The notes under the pieces were generated by a model. It ran no database searches and was not told the DNA's origin. It saw only the letters and a program-made list of their open reading frames with translations. Position numbers and translations under genes: made by a program. A stretch of 60,297 nt of DNA from Ministeria vibrans ATCC 50519 (taxonomy: Eukaryota; Protista; Filasterea): contig CALSCP010002085.1 of NCBI GenBank assembly GCA_943704425.1, forward strand, positions 1-60,297. The letters run 5' to 3'. Below, in pieces: positions 29,986 to 41,585 of this stretch; the first letter of the stretch is position 1; each line of letters opens with the position of its first letter.

Positions 29986-31912
29986 ACGCACCACCATGTC
30001 GCCCCCTGCCACTCCCTCTCCCTCTCGTGCGTAGTTTGGCCGTGGCGTGGCTGCTGGCGTGGCTGTGGCTGCCGTTTTCGTGTCGTCGTTTGACTCCGAA
30101 AGCACTCTCCTCAAATACGTCTACATGCCGCTGATTCGTCTCATGGATGCAGAGGTACGTCGGGTAGCAAGGACGAAGGGAGGCCGCAGCATTGGGAGGG
30201 AAAGAAGTTGAGATGACAGTTTGACACAATAACATTATCATTACTATTCGTTTATACTGTAGGACTCACACACATTTGCAATTCGACTTGCTTCCCTTGG
30301 ACTGTCGCCACGCGACCGTTCGCACGATGATCCGATTCTGGTAAGAATGTCTTTTTGTTCATGTCGATATAATTATAGGAGTGTATTCTTGATCATCATT
30401 GTGTATAGCACACAACACTGTTCAATGCGCCTCTCTCGTCGCCCCTGGGACTGGCAGCGGGATTTGACAAGCACGCGGAAGCCATGGATGCACTCCTGGG
30501 TATGGGGTTCTCGTTCATCGAGGTGGGTTCGGTGACACCCGAGCCACAAGAAGGCAATGAGCGGCCGCGCGTGTTTCGCCTGCCCGAGGACGAAGCCATC
30601 ATCAACCGCTACGGATTCAACTCACACGGACTTGCTCGCGTCATTCCGCGCCTCAATGCCTTTAGAGACAAGAACCAAAAGGTAAGAGAGGGATCGGGTT
30701 AGAGTGAGGTGTTCTCATCCCCCACACAATACTCTTTGTCGTTGCACAGCGCAGCTCTCCCCGTCGTGGACTGATTGGAGTGAATCTGGGCAAGAACAAG
30801 ACCAGTGCGTCTGCTCATGATGACTACGTTCGCGGTCTCAATGCCGCTGCTCCTTTTGCCGATTTTGTTGTCATTAACGTCTCAAGGTACACAATGCTGC
30901 ACTAAAATATAATAATAATTATATAATTAATCATTCATTATTCGTTTATAGTCCCAACACAGCGAATTTACGGGACTTACAAGGGAAAAAGGCCCTTGAA
31001 GGACTCTTAGATGCAATCATTGCCGCACGCGCAAAACTTCCCTTGCAATACGTAATGGAAAATACCAATAATAATATAAGAAATCCGTCTGACGTTTCAC
31101 ATCAAATTTTTGTTTCTTTCTCTGATTTGTTTCAGCGTTCGCTTCCCATCGTGGTTAAAATAGCGCCTGACATGGACACTGCAGGACTCAGTGACGTTGC
31201 GAGTGTGGCTCAGTCGCGGCGCATCGATGCAATCATCATTGGGAATACCACTGTGTCGCGCCCAAACTCACTGAGAGCAGACGACTCACTCACGACCCAA
31301 ACTGGAGGTGAACTCAATTATTCGATTGTGTTTTGTTGTCGTCGTTCTTATGGTTGTTTGAGTTGTTTATCGGTTTTTTTTTGTTTTTTTTTCTCGTTTT
31401 TGTTTTGTTTTGAGGGTTGTTACACTCATTTTCTTTCTCTACTAATTTTATTATTATCAATTTAATAATAATAATAATAATAATTATACTTATTACCACT
31501 TTCTAGGATTGAGTGGCAAACCGCTTTTTGAGTTGTCCACTGAGAAACTTCGCGAATTGTACCGACTGACCAAAGGGAAAATACCATTGATTGCAGCGGG
31601 AGGAGTCAGGTAAGAACAGCAGCACAATCACAAACCACCACACGCGCACACACAACTCACACAAATAAAGACGTGTGAAAATCGTATTTGTGACTCTTTT
31701 AATTAATTATAATAATTCTCTTTTTCAGTTCGGGACGGGACGCATACACGAAGATTCTTGCGGGGGCCACTGTTGTGGAGCTATACACATCGCTGTCGGT
31801 GCAAGGGCCTGGGGTGGTCCCACGGGTGAAGCAGGAGCTGGCGGTGCTGCTGCGCGAGAATGGCTATGTGTCGGTGGCGCAGGCGGTGGGCAAGGGCCAT
31901 GTGCAGAAGTGA
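29791..31912 (+). CDS. DHODH: Dihydroorotate dehydrogenase class 2 (mitochondrial)
   Basis: [68 protein letters not shown]. Confidence 0.96.
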
Positions 31913-32583
31913 AGACAGATACGACTGCCGTGTTTGTGTAGTGAAGAATCATCATAACTAAGAAAAATAAATAGAAAAAACGAGATTTGAATAATCATCA
32001 TACTAATCCAACTATTTGTGAGCCTATTCCGCATACAAGCGACCATGAATCTCAATGAGACTACACACACGACGATGGAATCCAACACACCCTCAACGAA
32101 ATTAGTATACTACACCATCAACATAATAATTATTAAGAAGAAGAATACAACCCATTTATTAATATAATAATTATATACTACACCATCAACATAATTATTA
32201 TAATAGTAGGAATAAATGAAGTACTAAAGGAGATGAAATAATTATAATAATAATTATTATTATTCATAGTTTGCTACTCTGGCTGTGTCTTCGCGTGGTG
32301 ACTGTATCATTAATAAATGGGTTGTATTCTTCTTCTTCTACTACTTATAAATCCCTTATAATTTCCATCCGACGGTCCACTTCCGGTCCACGAGGGTGCT
32401 TACATCCGTTTCACTGCATGGAAACACATCAACGTACAAAAGTCACAGTCGAGTGAGTCACAGACGTTTATATTCAATAATCAGTCGTCATTCTCATAAA
32501 ATTATCATTATTATTAAAAATTCTTCCTAAAAATATTTCGACTAAAATCCAACAAAAAAGTTATTCATCCTCCTTACCTTTGG

Positions 32584-34282
32584 ATGGTCCTCTCGTTGAC
32601 AACCCTGCTGCTGCTGTTGGTCTTTGTTGCGCACTTCAGCAGCGCGTTTGTTCCTGGAGTCTGTCCAGACGACGCGTGGTACAGGGCGACAGTCGCATCG
32701 CCAGCAGGACGCCAAGAGGCCGACGGGGCGTACTCCACCACGCTGACCGGCAGCCACGCTGTTGCGCTCTACACCGTACGCCCGAACCCCTCCCTCTCTC
32801 TCTCCCTTCGCCCCCCACCGCACCCGGCCCAGCGTTGCCCCTCCCCTCCTTGCTGGCGTGCTCTGGCGAGTGGAAGCAACTTCGAGGCTACGTCATACAA
32901 TTGGGCTGAACTTTCCTTCGTTCGCTCGCCCAACCCCCACCGCAGCATCCCCCACCCACCCTACTACCCATACCCCACAGAATATCCGCGTCTCCGCTAC
33001 TCTCTTGTTCTCTATGCACGTTTTTGGAGCTCTTTGTTTTCTGCGACAACGAAACACTGCGTTTTTTTTTTTTTTTTTCTTATTTTGTGTTGCTCATTCC
33101 CCCGACTTTTTTCCACTGCTTCAGACGGCGTCTCGGCACCTACATGGATACGTCTGCGATGCGGGCGATCTCATTGGCGCCTCGTGCGTCCCCGTCGAGC
33201 TCTTCCCGGCCACGCAGCTCACCGCCCCCGTTGCTGCCTACGACGCCGCTTCCGATCTGGTCTACATCGGCGTGCATGCAGTCGCGCAGCAGCAGGCGCG
33301 CCTACTCGTGTGCCAAGCGAACTTGACGCAATGCACTTTCGGCTCAATTTCACCTCCGCAGTCGAACATCGAAACGACCATTGCGCTCTCAGTGGTTGGC
33401 AGGTAATGCCAACACCTTACTAAGTCTGATGGTATATGGTGTCGCAGTCAGAGTGCCGTTGGCCTTTCCTTTTACGCACTATAATGTTTTTTCGCACTGT
33501 GTTGTCGACGTCATGGATTTTTTGCAATCAACACCAGCATCGCAGCACGCGCACGAGCGTCGCCATGCACCTGGCCATGAATCATGATCATCTTTAAGAA
33601 GATCATGCTGCGACCTGAGCGAGTTTAGGAGAGGATTACTGTGCGTGCGAGTGACGTGAATTGTGTCCGTGTTGACCTCACGCCAAAGCTTGCGTGCGCC
33701 TCAGCAATATTTATTGACTTTTAGAGTGATATTATGTGTGTTTGTGAGTATATGTTGGTAGTGGACGATGGCTGTGTGGGGATGGTTGTGTGTTTTTGTT
33801 GCTTTGTTTGGAATAGAGAAGGAAGCCAATAATTATTCGCCTGGCACTTTGCATTTTCAACTGCTCACAGATTGCGAACCGCTCGCTTTGGCATTGACCA
33901 ATGCTCATTGTTGATTGCTGATTTTGATCTTATTGTAGTGATGTTTATGCTTTGGTTGCAAGCGACGTGTTCGAAACGAGCAATGTGTACCATTGCACTG
34001 TAGCATCGTTGAGCGGCGGCTGTACTGATCTGGGCGAGCTGGGCGAATACGATGGAGGTGGCATGACGGCAGTGGTGTCGCTGAACACACTGACGATTGT
34101 TGTTGAGGACGATAGCGACGACGACAACGTCGCTGCCTACTCCTGTCCTCTGCCACTCACCACTGTCGACGATTGCGACAAGACTGTCCTCATCGACGTG
34201 ACACCCACTGCACCACGCACTAACACTGGAGGAGGTACGAAAATTTACAATAATAATTTAATAATAACAATAACAATAAAAT

Positions 34283-34321
<39 letters not shown>

Positions 34322-37300
34322 CATCATTCTGTTCTTTTATTATCATTATGAATTTATTATTATTAGAGAGAGAGAGAGAAAGGAGAAAGTAACAGAGAAG
34401 TAATATTGACTTTTTCTTTTCTTTTTCTTTCCAGAGCCTAAAGTGATTTACGACACAATTGCTGGCCAATTCTGGGTGTTTGCTGCAAGTTCATCGGATA
34501 TAACCATCTTTGTGTGCACCAGTGACTTTTCGGCATGTAATTTTTCGCGTGTGGACGCGCCTGACTCGTTTGGGCGACTCGACGATCCCCTGCCGAGCTA
34601 CGATGCGCTTTCGGATACCTTTGTGGTGAGTGCGATTGGCACTGGATCCGTTGCAACGATTGTGTCGTGCGAGCGGGTCAGCATGCACTGTCTCGTGCAG
34701 GCCGTGTCGCTTGTCGAGGAGGTTGAGGAGTCAGCGGCGATCGTGCTGTACTCACAGAGTGCCAATGTGATGCTCTGGTCCATTGTCGACGATGTTTTCT
34801 CGTTTAACAGCTGCAACCACACTCGAGGGCCCATCTGCGATGCGACCTCTGCCGAAAAGCAGTGTCTTAATGGCGGACAGTGCGCCCAGACAGGTCTGTG
34901 TGTGTGTCCCAGCGCCTTCTTTGGCGATCTCTGTGAGCACACATTCACCCCGTGTTTATCGGGGCCCTGTCAAAACGGCGCACGGTGCATCTCACCCGCA
35001 AACAGCACTGACTTCACCTGTGAGTGCACCGTCAATTTTTTTGGTATGCTCTGCGAACGCAACCTGGATGCAGAACTTGCCCTTGTGCAACAGACCACAG
35101 ATGGCACGCAACTCATTGGACTTCTCAGCGACATCATCACGACGTCTCCTTCGTACAGCAGTGCACCCAACGCACTCTCCATACTCTCCCAAGGACTTCT
35201 CACCGCCGCACAGGGTCTCAACACCACCACCACCACCCAACCAACGACACACCAGCAAGCCTCAACACTCCTCTTGCTACTCAACACCCTCCTTACCGCC
35301 CACACGACCACCCTCGTCCGTCTCAGCCAGGGCCCCACTGTCGTCTCTGCCGTCTCCATCTCCCTCTCCGCCTACACCCTCTCCCTCCCCCACTGCGCTC
35401 TCCCTTCCTTCCTTCCCCTCTCCGCCTTTTTTGCCTCCGCTCAACGTCTTCCTTCCGTCGTCAATCTTTCCGGCGTTTTCTCTTTCGCAAACGTTACTGT
35501 TCAGTTTACCACTGAGTTTTCCCAAAGTCTCACCGTAAGACTAATAATTTAATAATATTTTAATAATAATAATTATTGTGCTTTATACTGGTTTATTTGT
35601 AGGACTCTACGAACACGAACAACTGTTCGGTCCCCCAACAGCTTGTACAATACCACGAATGGCCCTTGAGCACCCGACTGGAGCGACAGATATCCGATCC
35701 TCGTGCGCCCGTCAGTTGGATTGGGTATGCGTCACCTCTTGTCTCGGTGAGTGTCACTGCGGGCACTGGTGTAACCGGGCTCAGTGATGCAGCGCGTGTG
35801 CGACTCACCCTGCCGCTCAGCGTGGCAAATCGGGGTGTTGGAGTGGCACAGTGCTATAGCTGGTCGTATGCGCTTGATGCTTGGTCACAGGCGGGTTGTG
35901 AGGTGCTCATGCGCAACTCAACGCACGTTGAGTGCGCGTGTAATCATTTATCCGACTTTGCGCTGCTCTATGACGGTTCGTTCCCCCCCCAAAATTCGGC
36001 GCTTACGACTTCCGCAACCGTCTTTGTGTGGGTGGGCAGCATTCTTGCACTTGTTATGGGCGTGTGTCTTCTCTTGCTCTTGACCGTAGTCCCGAAACTG
36101 CGCACGCTGGTGAGCAAGTACGTTCTGAATCTCACGCTGGCACTGTTGCTCTTCGACGTGCTTTTTCCCGTTGCGTACGATGCGACAAGCAACGAGGATG
36201 GCTGCCGCGTTGCCAAGACAGTTCTCTATTACGCCCTTTCAACCATTGTGGTGTGGTCTTTAATTTGTGCTCTCGCTCAGCTGTACAGTGTGGGCCAGAC
36301 CGTCGATCAGCTCATGGCCAGGCGCATTGCAAACCAGCGAGCCATGTTTGTCCTTGGATGGCTCGTTCCCATTGTGCCAACTGTCATTCTGACCATCTAC
36401 GACCTTCACGTGTTCAACACGACCGCCTTCAACGTGTGTTGGTTCAGCCAGGAGGGACTCAGCAATGTGGTTGTCGTTGTGGTTTCTCTCGGGTCGCTCC
36501 TGCTCGTCTCACTTCTGGTTGCCTTGCGTGGCTTTATGCGCCTTCGTCGGTCGGTGCAGACCATGGGCTCCCTCAGCAGCATTGAGACGGTGCAAAAGTA
36601 CCACATTTCACGCGCGCTCATGGTCTTCCATGCTCTCTTCATGGTCTCATTCATTCTGCTGTGCACTGCGCAGAGCATTTCGACGCAAGCACTCTGGCTC
36701 GCGTTTGCTCTGTTTAACCTCATTCACATGGCGGGCTTCTTGGCGACTCTGCTTGCATCGTCACGTGTGCGTGAGCTCATCCTCCACGAAGTGGACCGAT
36801 GGAAGCAGACGCACTCCTCCGACTCGGGCGATCTTGTGGGTGGTGGGTTGCGCGGCAGTTGCAAGCAGCAGGCCATCGACGAGATTGCCATGTCGCCACT
36901 GTCAAGGAGAAGAGGCAAAGGGGGGGAAGGGAGCAGTGGTAGTGTGATCGTGGGCTCGGGCGGGAGTGCGCAAGCCATTGAAGTTCCCGAACCGATCAGT
37001 CTTGCCCGCTCACCGCGCACACCGCGCTCGGGACGCACATCCAGCGGCGAGGGAAGTACCATGACACTGCGGAATGTCAACACACTTAATTCACAGGTCG
37101 CCCTGCTGCCACCCCCAGCCAACACGTTTGAGCAGCGACAACGCGGTGTGCGTCGCTCACGCCCCGACATTGCCAGCGACCTTGTCTACATTGATCCGCG
37201 TCACGGCATTCGTCTCAATTCCACCTCACCACCCGTGATCACCACCACCACACCAGCTGAGAGTGACATGTACAGCAACCACAACTACAGCTATACTGAC

Positions 37301-37546
37301 GACGCTGCTGAAAACCCCTTTGCCGCCGAGTGGCGCTCAGTGCTCACCAGTGGCAACAACTCAAGGCATGTCTCTCCCTCCCTCTCTCCCGCTCCAGAGA
37401 CCCCCTTTTTACATCCCCTTCAACAGAACATCTCACACACCACCCCGACACTTCCCTCTTCCGAAATCACTCTTTCCTCTTCCGTCCCCAATCGCTTCTT
37501 GCAAACATCTAATCCTGATTCCACAACAAATTCTTCCTCCGTTTGA
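32584..37546 (+). CDS. Adhesion-GPCR-like receptor (signal peptide, Cys-containing ectodomain repeats, 2 EGF, GPS, secretin-like 7TM)
   Basis: EGF domains CLNGGQC...FGDLCE and CLSGPCQNGARC...CE; GPS CYSW...WSQAGC...CACNHLSDFALL directly before 7 TM helices (LNLTLAL, GWLVP, CWF). Confidence 0.88.
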
Positions 37547-37607
37547 GTACACCACAGTTAAATAATGTTTATTGTTCTTATATTGTTATACTCGGTACAT
37601 CTTGGGT

Positions 37608-38660
37608 TTAAATGACTCGTGGCTCACCGCACCACGTTGCACAACAAAAGTTACAGGATCCCCCACAGAAGTCGCTCTACACGTTGTTTGTTTGTTTGTA
37701 AGTGTCTTTGATTGATTGATTGATTGGTTTCGTACCATATCGTGATGAGTGCTTCCACAGACATTGTGAAACATGATGTGTCCTTCGTCTTGAAGGACTT
37801 CACAGTCTTCGGGAGTCAAAGAAATGGCAAGCCATGAGATTTCTAATAATAGTAGTAATAATATATTGTGTAAGTATATAATTATCTTCCTTTGTCTCAC
37901 CTTCGTGGTAACGATCAATTTGGACAATAGCAGTTTGTGTCTTGGCCATCATGCCATGCACGGCAAGGACATCGCGATTAAATGCGTCAACGCAGGCACA
38001 CAGGGCTCTGTTGTAGCGGCGCATCCGCCAGATGAGGTACGGAACCTAAGAATTTTATTACAATCATTATTGTTCATCTCTCTCAGGTTCACATTCAATC
38101 TGACAAATCTTTCTCTCCATTTCATATTCAAATTTTAAGCTGACACACTCTCTCCATTTCATATTCACTCTCACTGTTTTTTGTTTTTGGTTCACATTCA
38201 CTCTCTCTTTAACGTCTCATTGTTATGTATGTGTCTTACGCCAATAAGGCTGATCATGAGGGTGACGACGGATGTAATAGAAAGACCACCACGGCTGACA
38301 CGCTCCAGCTTAGCGACAAATCGGGTCCATTCCTCGGGCGAGACGCCTAAACATTATTCATACGATTGAATGATAGAACACAAACAACAATAACTCACTC
38401 ACTCACTCTCTCTCTCTCACACACACACACTCTCTCTCTCTTTCTCTCTCTCTTTGCGCACCTCTGTCGTGAACTGCCTCGGGAATGTCACTGGGAAGCC
38501 TGTTCTGAGTCGTGCAGCATGTGCCGTTGTAGTAGTTGAGGATCAGGCGTGCGGCAGTGGACTGTGGGCGTCGCGCGACCCATCCGCGAGATCCGCGCGC
38601 CGGGCGGACTTTTTCAGCGGCGCTGATCGAGTCGTATTGGCAAAATTCAGTCTTCTCCAT
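37608..38660 (-). CDS. Hypothetical small protein with a central hydrophobic helix and Cys-rich tail (possibly Golgin-A7/Erf4-like)
   Basis: Five in-phase exons: ...LPSDIPEAVHDRGVSPEEWTRFVAKL...LMISLIGVPYLIW...VDAFNRDVLAVHG...CGGSCNFCCATWC. The family call is tentative. Confidence 0.6.
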
Positions 38661-39153
38661 GTAAGAATAGTTGATCAAACGAAGATGTGGGATATTGGTA
38701 GAGAAAGGTTGAGTAGTTGTGTGAGAAGTTGAGGAAAAAAAGTGTTAAGTGATTTTTGACTTTTAATTTTAGACTGGGGAAACTTTTTGATCACGGATGG
38801 GGAATTGCCCCTGGTACGGGCTTGATAGGGAGCCGATCGGCGCATTCTGCCTTGGAATAGGAGCAGCAGTGCGTGTTACTATACTGTATCCTTGGAATTA
38901 GACTGTGAGAAACGAGCTGGATTGCTTGAGCGTCGACAAAGATTGTTTTCGTTTGACATTGGTGACTGGGAAAGCCGAAAATTCGGAAGAGTCACTCACG
39001 AGAGAGACTGATCATGGAGAGTACCTCCACCCCCTCTCCTTCTGCACACAGTTGGCAAACGTGTCGTTACTTCTGGCGTGATCAGTCAGAAATGAAGTTG
39101 GATTCATTCAAATCAATCAGTAATCACTTTTTTGATTGTTTTATCTCGTCAGA

Positions 39154-41184
39154 ATGGATACATCAATCTTAGTAACCATTCAGCAGGAAATCAACGAAGC
39201 CGAATCTGTTTTTAGCAGCGTACGTCGCTTTTGAGTTTTTGAATTTGTCCTTTTTTTCAAAAGTGTTCTTTACTCTCTTTGCAATGAGACTTGCTGTACG
39301 CGACATGCATGGATAGAGACAACTGACCAGCACAATGCACATGGGCTGTCTTTCTGTAGTGGTATGAGTCGCAGAAGGCTGTTTTGGAGGACACACAGAA
39401 AGCGCATTTGGAGCGAATTGCTGCGGAACAAGGTTCGTGCGCAGGGTGGGGTTGGGCCGCGGCTGGTGTTTTGCTGTTGGGCTGCGGAGGGAGAGCCTTT
39501 TGTTGCCTGTTTGAGTTGTCAGAGTCGAATTTTTGATTTTACGTTTTTGAATTTGAATTTGGAAACGGTGAGAGAGCAAAATGGATGCGATTGTGCGGAT
39601 ACGGGTGATGCTGTATGGCTTTGTTAAGAAGACAGTGAGTGTGTGTGTGCGTTTGAGAGTGTGTGAGTGAGTGTGAGAGTGAGAGTGAGTGTTAAAGTTC
39701 AAAATTCGGTTGACTGGTTATTGTGTGACTCATCAAAAGTATTTCAGTGCTTTGTGGTGATTGAGAGTGTGCCTACGATGTGTTGTACTAGGGACAAGTT
39801 GAAACGATTGCACAGTTATTCGTTATTGTGTTTGTCTGTGTTCAATGATTTGTGATGATTGTGTGGTTGAAATATTGCACATTAGTCTGTCTTTTATATG
39901 GGTTGTTTTTGCTGTTATTGTTATTGTTGTTGTTATTGTTGTTGTTGTGCGTTTGATACTCTTCAGCAGAAGAGCCGTTCAGTGAGAGTATCATTGGGAG
40001 GAGATGTTGTGTTCGAGACAAGTGCACATTTGTCTTTGATTTGGTTTGATGTTGTGTGTTTTTACTCCGGAAGTTAAATTTCTTATTCATTTGAATCTTG
40101 GCGGAAATTTATACAAACTAAATGATGACAATTGTTGGTTGCAGATAACGAAGCAAATCTGATGGAGGAAGCGAAGAAGGTGGAGGCAGAGCAGTCGAAG
40201 AGACTCCAAGGTAAAGATAATCATAATAGATAATGGAGTAAAGTGTATGTCTGTCTGTGTGAGAGAGAAGCAAAGAGAAAGCGAGAGAGAAGAGAAAAAG
40301 ACAAGGAGAATGTGAAAGAGAAGAGAAAGAAACAAGGGGATTGTGTGCATGAGTGTGAGTGTGCGATATGCGTGCGACTGTTTGTGTGTGGTTGGGGAGT
40401 GTGTGTCAGCAAGTGATTAAGCGAGATTGAGAGTGTGATTCACAATAGTGAGATTGTTCTGAATCGTTTGAGTGATTGAGTGAGTGAACCATATATGATT
40501 GCCAGGGAGTGAGTGCGTTTGTGGGATACATTATTATGAAAAAGATTGCAAAAGCTGATGATAGCTGGAAGCAAGTTTTGACCGCGCAACAATTGTTTTG
40601 CATAGTTCAAAAGAAACAAGCAGAAGAAGTGGCAGTGGCGCGCAAGGAAGTGACACAGCTGACAGGAGACTCCAGCATTGTTCTGGCACGCCGGAAAGCA
40701 CTCGAGGACGAGAAAAAGGCCCTTGAGCGCCAACTGGCGGGTGCGCAGACGGCTTTGGAGGCGGAGCAGAGAGAAATCTCACTGAAGTAACGTCACTCTC
40801 TCACCTGACCCAAGCACTTACTAACCTGTTCGTTGTGGATAGGATGAAAGAATTCCAGAAGGGCACACAATTTTACAAAGAACGACTCGGACTCGAGTTT
40901 GAGCGGGACGGACAGAGCCACTTGTCCTTTGTCTTCCGCAACATTGACATCGACCAGTGTTCCAAACCTTTCTCCATTACCTTTGAAATAGACCAAAATG
41001 ACTGTTACATTGGTATGCAAAAACTAAGGGGAAAGAGTCTCACTGATGAACCATGTTGTGAATAGTGTTTGATTGTTCTCCAATGGTCAATGGCCTTTCG
41101 GCAATGGTGGACGAGCTCAATGCGACCAATCAATTGTCGACGTTTTTAAAGAAGCTCAGGAAGAAGTTTAAGGAGACGCTGTGA
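39154..41184 (+). CDS. SPC25: Kinetochore Ndc80-complex subunit Spc25
   Basis: Coiled-coil exons (MDTSILV..., WYESQKAVLED..., QKKQAEEV...), then RWD domain FYKERLGLEFE...FVFRNID...CSPMV...ELNATNQLSTFLKKLRKKF. Confidence 0.88.
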
Positions 41185-41585
41185 GAGAAAACAACAAAAA
41201 TGAAATCTTTTGAGTGTGTTAAAATAATGTTGTCTGTTGTGCACAAGATTGGATGCGGACGTGAAGTTGTGCCGACTTTTGTGCCCAACGTCTCTATGAA
41301 TAATTTTAGTTACTTTTTCAGACTGTATTATGAATATGATCCCTCGCAATTCCTTGAGATGCTCTTCGAAGGCCCTTGCGTAGACGGATACCGTGCCATG
41401 GACGACCCATGGCGAATTTGGTGCCTGTGGATGCGCCTGTGAAGCATGCAAAGCGCTGAAATTGTCGATTTTGATATTCATAAAAATGTATTCGAATACT
41501 ATTATTATTATTTTATTCGACTCAGATTTCAGTCTTCTTCCCTGACTGACAAACCTCGAATTTTATTGCTATATTACCATCAACG

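Noticed and set aside
38885-38894. GTATCCTT, resembling a U12-type 5' splice site
   Set aside because: No TCCTTAAC branch site or exon context was found; a single 8-mer can occur by chance.
41200-41481. Small ORFs on both strands between SPC25 and the NLR-like gene
   Set aside because: No recognisable motif or convincing gene model; may be UTR or decayed sequence.
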